Virus record (IMG/VR): IMGVR_UViG_3300027863_000126 | Coordinates: 1-30,877 of that record | Reading direction: 5' to 3' (one strand) | From: a virus | Taxonomy: Duplodnaviria; Caudoviricetes | Length of the DNA stretch: 30,877 bases | Part shown: one piece after another, positions 8,245-16,752 of the stretch | How the letters are laid out: every line of letters begins with the position of its first letter | How positions within the stretch are numbered: position 1 is the stretch's first letter | Translations under genes and position numbers: made by a program | Notes under the pieces: generated by a model | What the model saw: only the letters and a program-made list of their open reading frames with translations | Databases searched by the model: none | What the model was told of the DNA's origin: nothing

Positions 8245-8610
8245 ATGTCCATCTGCAAGCGGAAGGATGGGCGCTGGCAAGTCACCTACAGGGACAACGG
8301 CCGCGTCCGGTCTAAGTCATTCCCATCGGGCCGCGCCGGGAAGCGCGATGCCGAGGCCTTTGATGCTGATATTCGGCTCAAGAAGGCCACGGACAAGCCG
8401 CTTCCACATGGCATCCGCGATGGCGCTTACCTGGATGAACTGGTCCAGGAGTGGATCGTGGAGAAGAAAGCCCAGGGCCGGGCAACCGGATGGCTCAAGG
8501 ATTGGGCCGCGGTGTTCAACAGCGTCTTTCTCCCAGCCTTGTGCCAGCGCCCGGCGCACACCCTGACCCAAGCCGACTTCATGGCCAGGGTGATTTCTGG
8601 GTGTTTGTAG
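8245..8610 (+). pseudogene. Tyrosine integrase N-terminal fragment (arm-binding region plus start of core-binding domain); catalytic domain absent
   Basis: MSICKRKDGRWQVTYRDNGRVRSKSF...KRDAEAFD is a typical integrase N-terminus; only 121 aa; no R/HxxR/Y catalytic boxes. Confidence 0.7.
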
Positions 8611-8627
8611 TGCGGAATTGTAGTGCG
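8605..8627 (+). repeat. Direct repeat TTGTAGTGCG x2, possible integrase arm-type sites (att remnant)
   Basis: Copies at 8605-8614 and 8618-8627, at the end of the integrase fragment. Confidence 0.5.
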
Positions 8628-8628
8628 C

Positions 8629-8652
8629 GAGGGACCCCACCCGGGGTCCCTT
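8629..8652. terminator. GC-rich hairpin between the convergent arms
   Basis: agggacccc-accc-ggggtccct, perfect 9-bp stem; weak U tract. Confidence 0.5.
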
Positions 8653-8666
8653 CCGGGTCCCATGGG

Positions 8667-9530
8667 TTAGGCCGCCATCATGGGCTCGAACTTCACGCGG
8701 TTCTCCATGTAATCCCAGAAGAAACGCAGCCACCAAGCGCCAAGCGGCTTGGGGTTGTGCTCGTTCTCCGTGGCCCAGCCCTCGCCAGCGCCGATGATCT
8801 CTTCTTTGTAGGTCGGCACGGACAGATGAAGCTGGATGTCCGAAAACTCCCGGCCTGAATCGTTCATCCTCACCCGGCATATCGGCATCGACCACCCCTC
8901 ATGGATATGGCCGCCCAGCACTATGTTGGCGTCCGGGTAGATGACCGCCCGCCGGTTGGTCTTGATGACGCCCTTCGTTACCGGGGACGCCCCGCCGGAT
9001 CCGTGCGTATAAGCGATGACCAGGGATTGCCTGCCACCGCCCTTGGCCTCAAACATGAGCCGTACCCAGCCGCGATAGCCGCCACGGATGACCGGTGAGC
9101 CTCCCGCGCGCAGGAGGTCCACCAGCGCCCGCGTCAGGTCCAGTTCCATGTGCTTGGCGATTTTGGTTTCATGGTTCCCCAGGCCGAGCATGGCGAGATT
9201 TTCACCATACGGCCGGAAGAACTCCGCAGCGTCCCGGATGATCTCGCCCAGGTAATCGTTGCTCTTGTGCTTGGTGTCCAGGTCGCACTTGCAGTGCCGC
9301 GGATCGCTCCGGCCCTGCATGGCGCAAAACAGGTCCCCGAGGTCCAGAACGAACGCGCCGCGCTCCCGGGCTTGGTCCAGGTGGCGGCGCTGCATGGAGC
9401 GGTTGGAATGTGGGTTGTCCAGGTGCCGGTCAGCGGTGATCAGTGCCCACTGCTCCCATTCCTTGTTGCGGCGCATGGCGACTCGCAGGGTGGACACCGT
9501 TGGGGCTGTCTGCTCAATTTTCCAGGGCAT
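8667..9530 (-). CDS. Calcineurin-like metallophosphoesterase
   Basis: DxH (ADRH), GD (LGDLF), GNHE, HG and GHxH (GGHIH) motifs in canonical order. Confidence 0.88.
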   Translation of the reverse strand: MPWKIEQTAPTVSTLRVAMRRNKEWEQWALITADRHLDNPHSNRSMQRRHLDQARERGAFVLDLGDLFCAMQGRSDPRHCKCDLDTKHKSNDYLGEIIRDAAEFFRPYGENLAMLGLGNHETKIAKHMELDLTRALVDLLRAGGSPVIRGGYRGWVRLMFEAKGGGRQSLVIAYTHGSGGASPVTKGVIKTNRRAVIYPDANIVLGGHIHEGWSMPICRVRMNDSGREFSDIQLHLSVPTYKEEIIGAGEGWATENEHNPKPLGAWWLRFFWDYMENRVKFEPMMAA

Positions 9531-9753
9531 GTTCAGCCTCCTCCGCTTCCTGGCACTTCACGCACCGGCCTGTTCCGGGTACAGCCCGGATCCTGGCCAG
9601 AGGTATCTCGGCACCGCAGTCGATGCAGTGGGGCCGCCCGTCGATCCACTCCGGCCCTGGTCCCTGCTCCTGGAGTCGGTTGGCCACCAAGGAAAGGGCA
9701 GCGGCCAGAGCCTTGTCCTGTTCTACCTGGGCCAGATCGGCTTCATCGGCCAT
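9514..9753 (-). CDS. TraR/DksA C4-type zinc finger protein
   Basis: MADEADLAQ N-terminus; CIDCGAEIPLARIRAVPGTGRCVKCQE. Confidence 0.9.
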   Translation of the reverse strand: MADEADLAQVEQDKALAAALSLVANRLQEQGPGPEWIDGRPHCIDCGAEIPLARIRAVPGTGRCVKCQEAEEAEHALEN

Positions 9754-9755
9754 GG

Positions 9756-10151
9756 TCAGCCCCCGTACACCGCGCTCACGGCCTGGACATCGGCCACGGT
9801 CTGGGCCGCGGCCACTTCGACCTCCCGCGCCGCCTGCCACGCGAAGCAGGACGCGATATGGGCCTCTCCGGAGGCATAGACCTGGGCGAACAGGGCGGCG
9901 TCCATCGTCACCCACACGCCGTCCGAGGCCTTCCACGCCGTGGAAAAGGTCGGCTCGGCCTGGAGGCGCATGGCGAGCTCCAGGTAGGCCACGCGGGCGG
10001 CGCTGTCCGAGTCGAACAGCACGCCGCCCACAAAGAAACCAGCGTCCCTGGCGCGGCTTTTCTCGTTCTGGATCTCGGCCAGTTTGGCTGCCTTGGCCTC
10101 TTCCAGGGTCGGCTCCTGGGCCGCCGGACCCGTGCACAGAATGCGCGTCAT
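9756..10151 (-). CDS. DUF4376-like tail-fibre-associated protein
   Basis: TLEEAKAAKLAEI...GVLFDSD...WKASDG...HIASCF; directly follows the tail fibre; GGAGG RBS. Confidence 0.7.
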   Translation of the reverse strand: MTRILCTGPAAQEPTLEEAKAAKLAEIQNEKSRARDAGFFVGGVLFDSDSAARVAYLELAMRLQAEPTFSTAWKASDGVWVTMDAALFAQVYASGEAHIASCFAWQAAREVEVAAAQTVADVQAVSAVYGG

Positions 10152-10160
10152 GCCCGCCTC

Positions 10161-11729
10161 CTAGCTGAACAACGCGGCGACGGCGCGCACGCGCTGGCTC
10201 TTGGCGTTGAGGGTCGTGATCTCCCATACGAAGCTCGTCCCGGTCAGGGCCGAAACGTCAATGCTCGCCTTCAACAGGCTGTAATCGGCGTCATAGGCGC
10301 AGACCGTCTCCAGGGTCCCGAAGCTGCTCCAGTTGCTGCCACCATCGAGGCTCACCCTGGCCTTGAGGTCGGTGTTGAGCGTGACTGCATCGACGGCCTT
10401 ATGCAGCAGGTAGAGCCCGGCGGTATTGGGCTCTGCGCTTAATGTAATGGCGCTTGGCTTGAGCGTCATATTTGTGGCACCAAGCATACCTATTGGGTTT
10501 ATTTCTACTATGTTACATTCATTATTACTATAAGAACTTGTTTCAACAAGTTTAATTCCATTACAATCAACTGGAGAAAAAGAAATTGTTTGTGCAACTG
10601 CTGGATTAGTGTTTGTAAATGATGCACTCGCCAGGAGTGTCCATGATGTCCCCCCGTTGGTTGTATAATACAAATCTCCAGTTGGCATATACTGGCCATA
10701 TACAAATAATACTGTCACGGATGTAAGCGTAACAGTCTCACCGAACAGTTTTACTATATAGTTTCCAGTTCCATATGCTGGACCAGTAGCATATGTAGCC
10801 GTATTATTATCAAAAGCGTTGTTGGGATTTGTAAAACCGCTAGCAGAGTTAGTTCCGAGAGCGCGAAGAGTTTGTGATACCATATTACCGTAGTATTTGC
10901 CTGCCGCGTCATAGGTGGCGTTGGTCTTGGTCGCCAGCTCATCGGTCTTGAAGGTCCACAAATAGCCGTTGGGCACGGCCCCGGAGGCGCGGGCCGCCGT
11001 GAGCTGGGACAGCAGGGAGTTGAACACGGGTAAATCAACGGCGGCATTTAGAGAGGAAATCGCGGCCACCCAGTCCGTGCCATTCGTCGAAATGATTGCG
11101 AACTCTCCTGCGGACAGGGTGAATGAGCTAACAGAACTCGTGGTGTAGAGCGCGTCGGTGCCATTTTTGGCAATGGTGGTTGTCCCGGAATAGCATGAAA
11201 CCAGGATGATGGACCCATTTTCACAGTCCGCAGCCGGGGGAAGAGTCAGGGTCGGGCTGGAGTAGGTGTGCAGATGCTTCCCCAGATGCGTAGAGCCCAG
11301 AGTCTGCGTCGTGGTGATGGAAACGCGGGCCCCCAAGCGCCAGATATTGGCTCCGAGTGTTGCCCGGGCCGTGGCAGCGTCCGCATCATCCAGAAGGGTT
11401 TTGCCAAAGGAACTCACGCCCAGGTTGGTGAGCGCGTCCCCAGCGTTGGAGGCGTTGGTGCCACCCTTGCCGATGCTCAAGACGCTCCCGGCGGCGAGAT
11501 CGGTAGCTGTGGCGGAGTTCCCTAGTATGTCCCCAAAGATCTTCCCGGCCGCGTTGCGCCGCACCAGGGCAGAGTTCCTGACCCCGCTTGTGGTGTCGCT
11601 GGTGATGGCCGTGGCGAGGTCGGAAAACTGTTCATCCATGTAGTCGGCACGAATGGTTTTCTGCCCCGCGTTGTACTCCGTGGTGAAGTTGTGGACTGGC
11701 GTGAAGTTGCCGTTGGCATCCCTGGGCAT
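10161..11729 (-). CDS. Tail fibre / receptor-binding protein
   Basis: MPRDANGNF virion-attachment N-terminus; KGGTNAS...LTNLG and GKTLLDDADAATARATLG fibre motifs; Thr/Ser-rich beta domains; follows the ejection genes. Confidence 0.85.
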   Translation of the reverse strand: MPRDANGNFTPVHNFTTEYNAGQKTIRADYMDEQFSDLATAITSDTTSGVRNSALVRRNAAGKIFGDILGNSATATDLAAGSVLSIGKGGTNASNAGDALTNLGVSSFGKTLLDDADAATARATLGANIWRLGARVSITTTQTLGSTHLGKHLHTYSSPTLTLPPAADCENGSIILVSCYSGTTTIAKNGTDALYTTSSVSSFTLSAGEFAIISTNGTDWVAAISSLNAAVDLPVFNSLLSQLTAARASGAVPNGYLWTFKTDELATKTNATYDAAGKYYGNMVSQTLRALGTNSASGFTNPNNAFDNNTATYATGPAYGTGNYIVKLFGETVTLTSVTVLFVYGQYMPTGDLYYTTNGGTSWTLLASASFTNTNPAVAQTISFSPVDCNGIKLVETSSYSNNECNIVEINPIGMLGATNMTLKPSAITLSAEPNTAGLYLLHKAVDAVTLNTDLKARVSLDGGSNWSSFGTLETVCAYDADYSLLKASIDVSALTGTSFVWEITTLNAKSQRVRAVAALFS

Positions 11730-11740
11730 TATGAGTCTCC

Positions 11741-13213
11741 TTATTTGTCGGTTCCACCAGCGGGTCGGTTGCGAGTGAAATAGAGAGGCAATGCGTCCTG
11801 AGTATTCATGATCGGGATGGCACCAAGAGAAGCCCGCGCGCGAGCCTGCCGCAAGGCATCAATTCCGAATGCCATGCGCGCCACATTGGACGGATTGCGA
11901 AGGGCCTGCATGCCGGCCATGGTCAGACCAGCACCAAGGGCCGCCCCAGGACCACCGCCAAGCGCACCGCCGACAGTGGCACCGGCACCAGTTCCAGTCA
12001 GGGAACCAAGCCCAACGGGATTCCAGTTTTGTGTTCTGGCAGCTGCCTTTTCCATTATAGATGTCAGTTCCGACAACTCCCCTAGTCTGCGGTTAAGGTC
12101 GGAGACTTCCGGGACATTCTTGGCGATCTCATCCTTGAGCCCACGGGCCAGGGCCTTGCGCGCCTCCTTGTCAGGTCCGGTGAGGTCCCCGTAGGAATCC
12201 TCAAGCGCCTTGTAAGTGGCCTGTTTGACTTCCTGGGCGCGTTTCGTGGTCATTGGCTCGCCACCGTAGGTGTCCACGAAATCACCGAGCACGTTGTCAA
12301 TGGTGGCCTTGGCAGACGTGGGGGCAACGGTATTTCCGTGGACACGACCGGCCTGGTCCGCTGCCTGGTCGAGAATTTTGTCCAGGTTTACGGGTTGCTC
12401 GCCTGCTCCGATAGCTGCGCGCACCTTGTCCGCAAGTTCTCCCTTCAGGTTGGACAGCTTGTCCATGCCCTTCTGAGAAGGGACAATTCTTTCCCGGATA
12501 CCAGCCTGGAGCGCGGTGGTGCGCTCTTCTGGGGTAAGCGTTGTGGATGGCTTCAAGGCTGCGCCATAGACTCTTTCCGCAAGTTTGGAATTCACGGGAA
12601 GACGTTCACCGCCACGCAGGGCAGCGCCAGTTGCCGAAGCCACAGACGGCACAAATCCTCCAGCTAGACCGGAAAGAACTTGCGCCGTTGGTCCACCTCC
12701 AGCCTCGGCAGCGAGTTGAGCGGAAGCATTACCGCTGGCACCGGAAAGGCCCTGAAGCATGGGCGCAGCCTGAAGTGATTCCCCAACAGCCCTGGCCACC
12801 GGTGAGGCGGCACCACCAAGCGCAGCGCCAGTACCCAGGAACGGCAACGCCGAGGCCCCACCCTCTACAGCGGCAGAAGTCAACCGCTCCTGTCTGTTCT
12901 CAGGCTGGGGCAGCCCGAGCGCACGGGGAATCTCTCGCGACGGAGTGAGCACAGAACCAGCACCGAGGGCGTTGGAAATGTAGTTCACGGGATTGGTAAT
13001 CAGGGCATCGGCCAATCCGGAAACGCCCTTGATAGCCGCGCCCGTTCCGATCCCGACGCCACGGGCCATGCTTTCAGGTGACCAATTCCAATCCCCGCGC
13101 TCCTGCGGCTTGGCCTTCTCGCCTCCGCCATAGGTCTTGATGAAGTTGCCGATCTCCTCTTCGGGCACACCGGCGGCCACCATGGCCTTGACGTTCTCCT
13201 GGAGGGTCGCCAT
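11741..13213 (-). CDS. Internal virion / DNA ejection protein
   Basis: Gly/Ala-rich with hydrophobic glycine-zipper segments; position equivalent to P22 gp16. Confidence 0.65.
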   Translation of the reverse strand: MATLQENVKAMVAAGVPEEEIGNFIKTYGGGEKAKPQERGDWNWSPESMARGVGIGTGAAIKGVSGLADALITNPVNYISNALGAGSVLTPSREIPRALGLPQPENRQERLTSAAVEGGASALPFLGTGAALGGAASPVARAVGESLQAAPMLQGLSGASGNASAQLAAEAGGGPTAQVLSGLAGGFVPSVASATGAALRGGERLPVNSKLAERVYGAALKPSTTLTPEERTTALQAGIRERIVPSQKGMDKLSNLKGELADKVRAAIGAGEQPVNLDKILDQAADQAGRVHGNTVAPTSAKATIDNVLGDFVDTYGGEPMTTKRAQEVKQATYKALEDSYGDLTGPDKEARKALARGLKDEIAKNVPEVSDLNRRLGELSELTSIMEKAAARTQNWNPVGLGSLTGTGAGATVGGALGGGPGAALGAGLTMAGMQALRNPSNVARMAFGIDALRQARARASLGAIPIMNTQDALPLYFTRNRPAGGTDK

Positions 13214-14709
13214 TACTTGCCGCCTCCGTACTTCTTGATCAGGGCCGCAGCCGCGCTGTCGGGGTCCATGCCGCCGCCCTGGGCCTGGGGCTGCGCCTGA
13301 CCACCAATCCCGGCCTTGACCATGACCTGACCATCATCGCCGCGCTTCCAGTTGCCCTTGCCGTGGATGATGTCGTTATAGGTGTTTTCCAGGCGGTCCA
13401 GGTTGTGCATGAACTCCTTTTCAGACTGCGCCTGATCAAGGCTGCCGAGCACAGACTGGAGCATCTTGTTCTCGTTGTCGGACACCTGGCCGAGCGCACC
13501 GCCGGTTGGGCTGGCCGCGCGCATCTGCTGGAGCCTGTCAAAGCCCACGTTGGCGCGAATCGTGTTCAGGGTGGCGTCCAGGTCCTTGGCCGTGCTGCCG
13601 GGGATGTTCTTCATGAACGAGCCAAAGCCGGTATTGGGGATCAGGTCATAGTCCATGGCCTGGGCCTTGGCCCTGCCAATGTCCTCCAGGACGATGTTCG
13701 CGGAACGCTGCTTCTGCGCTTCCATTTCGTCCTGGTTCCCGGCCTTGTCGGGCTTCACGGACTTGCCGAGCACCCGGTAAAAGCGCCCGGTCTTGTCCCA
13801 CTGCACAGAGGCCAGCGAACCGTCAGGGAGCCGCCCATCAACCGGGTTCTGCCACTTCACCCCAGCCGGGACGGACACGGGATTCCCGCCAGCGTCATAG
13901 GCTTCTGCGGCCGCCTGGGGCGCGGCGGGAGCCTCGGGGGGCTGCTGGCCACCGTCCGGCCCAGGCTCCACGGCAGGCTTCACGGGCTTGAGCCCCACGG
14001 GAGCAGCGCCAAGGACGCTAGCGGGGGCCGCGCCGATGCCCACAGGGGAAGCGCCCGGGCCAGCGCCACGCGGTGAAGCACCGCCGCCACCGGGGCCAAA
14101 GGTCCCCTTCTTGGTGTTCAGGACAACAACGTGCTGGTTACCGTAGGCGTCCGTTTCGGTCACGGCCTGATACCGGTTGCCGTCCTTGAAATCCTGCAAT
14201 TCCTCCAGGGTCGGCTTGCGGCCCAGGATGGAAGCGAGGTTGGCCGCGTCCCCGGTCAGGTCGCCGTCGCCCTCGTAGGCCACCTGCGTGGTCCCGTCCG
14301 GGTTCACGCGCACCAGCTTGCTGCCGAACTTTTCGTACTTGGGCTGCTGCATGGCCTGATATATCGCCAGATTCGCCGCGATGCTGTTCAGGTAGCCGCC
14401 CACGTTGGGGTCGCGCTCGGAATCCGGCAGCGCGTCGTAGGCCTTCTGCCAATCGGCCAGGGAGGACCCGGAGGACATGAGGGAGCGAAGCTGCGTGTTA
14501 GCCTTGGACTCTTCGTTCTGGCGCTTGCGCTCCATGAGCCCCAGGGCCAGCGCACCGCCAATGGACTGCGCAGCCTGTGAAGCACCTTCAAAGGCAGTCT
14601 TGGGAGTCGGGCGGGGAGCCATGAGCCCGGAAATGTACTGGCCCATTGCCGGACCAGCGCCCATGACGCGAATGGGTCCATTGATCGCTCGAGGTCTGGA
14701 AATGGGCAT
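13213..14709 (-). CDS. Internal virion / DNA ejection protein
   Basis: C-terminal ANVGFDRLQQMRAASPTGGALGQVS motif seen in podovirus DNA-transfer proteins; TAATG overlap with the next gene. Confidence 0.7.
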   Translation of the reverse strand: MPISRPRAINGPIRVMGAGPAMGQYISGLMAPRPTPKTAFEGASQAAQSIGGALALGLMERKRQNEESKANTQLRSLMSSGSSLADWQKAYDALPDSERDPNVGGYLNSIAANLAIYQAMQQPKYEKFGSKLVRVNPDGTTQVAYEGDGDLTGDAANLASILGRKPTLEELQDFKDGNRYQAVTETDAYGNQHVVVLNTKKGTFGPGGGGASPRGAGPGASPVGIGAAPASVLGAAPVGLKPVKPAVEPGPDGGQQPPEAPAAPQAAAEAYDAGGNPVSVPAGVKWQNPVDGRLPDGSLASVQWDKTGRFYRVLGKSVKPDKAGNQDEMEAQKQRSANIVLEDIGRAKAQAMDYDLIPNTGFGSFMKNIPGSTAKDLDATLNTIRANVGFDRLQQMRAASPTGGALGQVSDNENKMLQSVLGSLDQAQSEKEFMHNLDRLENTYNDIIHGKGNWKRGDDGQVMVKAGIGGQAQPQAQGGGMDPDSAAAALIKKYGGGK

Positions 14710-14721
14710 GGTGTCTCCCGG

Positions 14722-15066
14722 TTAGAAGCCCGGCCACTTCGCGCCGAGCTGGTTCTGATACATTTCGCCGATGCGGTTGAGGGAAGCGGCAGGATCAGCC
14801 CCGGCAGGAGTCGCCCCAGGCTGGCCCTGGGAAAGGCGCTTCTTCAATAGAGCGTCCATGTAGTTCCCGCTCATCTTCCCAGCGGCATTGGAGATGTCCT
14901 TGCCGATGTCGTCTCCCTGCGCGGCGGGCATCAATTGCGCCTGACCACCGCCGAGGCTCCCATTGATCGGGATTCCACCCTGCGCCTGCTGCTGTTGCAG
15001 CCCCAAGCCACGGAGCATCCCGAGAGTGGCCCGACTCTGCGCCCAAGGGTCATCGTATCCGTACAT
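14722..15066 (-). CDS. Hypothetical Gln/Gly-rich virion-associated protein
   Basis: Low-complexity ORF within the ejection gene block, same strand. Confidence 0.55.
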   Translation of the reverse strand: MYGYDDPWAQSRATLGMLRGLGLQQQQAQGGIPINGSLGGGQAQLMPAAQGDDIGKDISNAAGKMSGNYMDALLKKRLSQGQPGATPAGADPAASLNRIGEMYQNQLGAKWPGF

Positions 15067-15223
15067 CGCTTTTCCACCCTTCTCAGGCTTCTAGAAGTTT
15101 CCAGTTCGTTTCCTGTTGACAACCATGCAGCAAACTAAAATTGTTATTCTTTTGCTTAAATTTAATTTCCGGTGGCTTTCGTGCACGTGGTTCGTTTGGT
15201 TCGTTTTGCCCTTTTGCCGCACC

Positions 15224-15490
15224 CTAGAAGAACCGACCCGGGAACCCGTAGGGCATTCCACCGCTCCCTCCAATCTGGCCGCCACCACCCTGCATCATCT
15301 GCATGAGGCGCATTCTGGCCTGCGGGTCCATGTTGCCTTCGGCGACGGGAACGGCGATGTTCGGCACGGGGGCATTCGGCGCGGGCTGGGGCATGGCGCC
15401 GATGCCGCGCATGATGCCCATGCTGCCGGGATTCAGGTTCGCCGGGTTCTGGGTGCCCATCGCGTAGGGGTTGTTCATGATGAAAGGCAT
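15224..15490 (-). CDS. Hypothetical Met/Pro/Gly-rich small protein
   Basis: AAGGAG RBS; low-complexity ORF in the ejection block. Confidence 0.6.
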   Translation of the reverse strand: MPFIMNNPYAMGTQNPANLNPGSMGIMRGIGAMPQPAPNAPVPNIAVPVAEGNMDPQARMRLMQMMQGGGGQIGGSGGMPYGFPGRFF

Positions 15491-15508
15491 TTCTTCTTCT
15501 CCTTGTGG

Positions 15509-16306
15509 TTAGAGGAACTGGCCGAGGATCGCGGCACTGCCAAGCGAACCAGCCGTACCGAGCAAAGAACCCCAAATATCGCTACTGGCCTGCGGCTGGT
15601 AATACGGCTGCTGCGCGGCCTGAGCCGTTGCCACAGGGGTGAACGTGGGCATGGAAACCTGCGTCCCGCTGATCAGGGCGGAAAGCTCGTTGAGCGGCAG
15701 GCTACGGGCATAGGACTGCTCCTGGATCGCGGCCTGGCGCATCTGCTCCTGCGCCTGCTGTTCGGTAAGGCCGGTGTTGTAGGCCTGGAGCCCTGCGGAC
15801 TCGTAGGCCTTATTTTTGTACAGGTTGAAGTCGCTCATCGCCTGGTTGTAGGCCTCGGTTCCAGGACGGATGCCCTGGGACGCCAGCTTGCTCTCAAGCT
15901 GCTTTTCGGCGTTGCTGAAGCGGTCATCGTACCCATAGGTCAGGTACTTCATGGCGTTTTCAGTGGCCTTGTCCCGGCCTTCGACCTCCGGCACAGCGTT
16001 CCAATCAAAGGGGTTGGCCGTGGCGTCGGCCACACGCGAAAGCTGGTCCTCGCCAAGCCCGAGGAGAGACAACTGGATCTTGTCCAGGCCGGTCTGCTTC
16101 TGCTGCCCCGTGGGAGACAGCGTAGTGTCAAGACGATAGCGCGGGGCGCGATCGTTGCCGTTCCCAGGTTCTATCTGGGTGTAAACGTAACTCCCGTCCG
16201 GCGTGTACTGGTCCACGAAGGACAGTTCCGTGTTGTACTGCGCGGTCTTCCGGTTTTCAGCTCCGGTTTCCTGCGCGGAAGGGGTCGAAGGTCCGCTGCT
16301 GCTCAT
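15509..16306 (-). CDS. DNA ejection/pilot protein (P22 gp7-like position)
   Basis: VDQYTPDGS, LASQGIRPGTEAYNQAM, LPLNELSALISGTQV, C-terminal GSLLGTAGSLG. Confidence 0.7.
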   Translation of the reverse strand: MSSSGPSTPSAQETGAENRKTAQYNTELSFVDQYTPDGSYVYTQIEPGNGNDRAPRYRLDTTLSPTGQQKQTGLDKIQLSLLGLGEDQLSRVADATANPFDWNAVPEVEGRDKATENAMKYLTYGYDDRFSNAEKQLESKLASQGIRPGTEAYNQAMSDFNLYKNKAYESAGLQAYNTGLTEQQAQEQMRQAAIQEQSYARSLPLNELSALISGTQVSMPTFTPVATAQAAQQPYYQPQASSDIWGSLLGTAGSLGSAAILGQFL

Positions 16307-16752
16307 GTTTCGCTCCTGCTCAAGCGCTCATCCGCAAGTTCCCGCGTCAGCCCGTACAGCAACGCATCCTCAACCCCATCCCACGCCTTGCTTTGCCGCC
16401 CTTCCAAGACAAACCCGAACCGCTCCAGGGCGCGGCTTGCCCTGTCGTTGGAAGCTTTATGCCTGGAAGTGCAGTGGGCCACGCCCAGGAGGTCAAACAC
16501 GTTCCAGGCCAGGAAGCGGAGCACTTCCATGTTGAGGAAGGCCCCTGTCCCGGCACAGGTCATTTCGATGTTGCCGCGGTTCGGCTGCATGCCGCTGAAC
16601 ACGAAGCCGCCGATGATCTTGCCGCGCCGGGCGAACCCATAGGCCTGGTAGCCGCCGATGCGGCGCTCAATGCCGCACCGCGCGTCAACCCAGGCCGCGA
16701 CTTCCACGGGGGAGTCGGCCACAAGGTCCAAGTGTCCGACTTTCTGCGTCAT
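16303..16752 (-). CDS. GNAT/RimJ-like acetyltransferase-fold virion morphogenesis protein
   Basis: SNDRASRALERFGFVLEGR GNAT C-terminal motif; follows the gp10-like gene; ATGA overlaps at both ends. Confidence 0.78.
   Translation of the reverse strand: MTQKVGHLDLVADSPVEVAAWVDARCGIERRIGGYQAYGFARRGKIIGGFVFSGMQPNRGNIEMTCAGTGAFLNMEVLRFLAWNVFDLLGVAHCTSRHKASNDRASRALERFGFVLEGRQSKAWDGVEDALLYGLTRELADERLSRSET

Noticed and set aside
10161-11729. Tail fibre as a DGR target or invertible cassette
   Set aside because: No reverse transcriptase, template repeat, invertase or flanking inverted sites seen in the window
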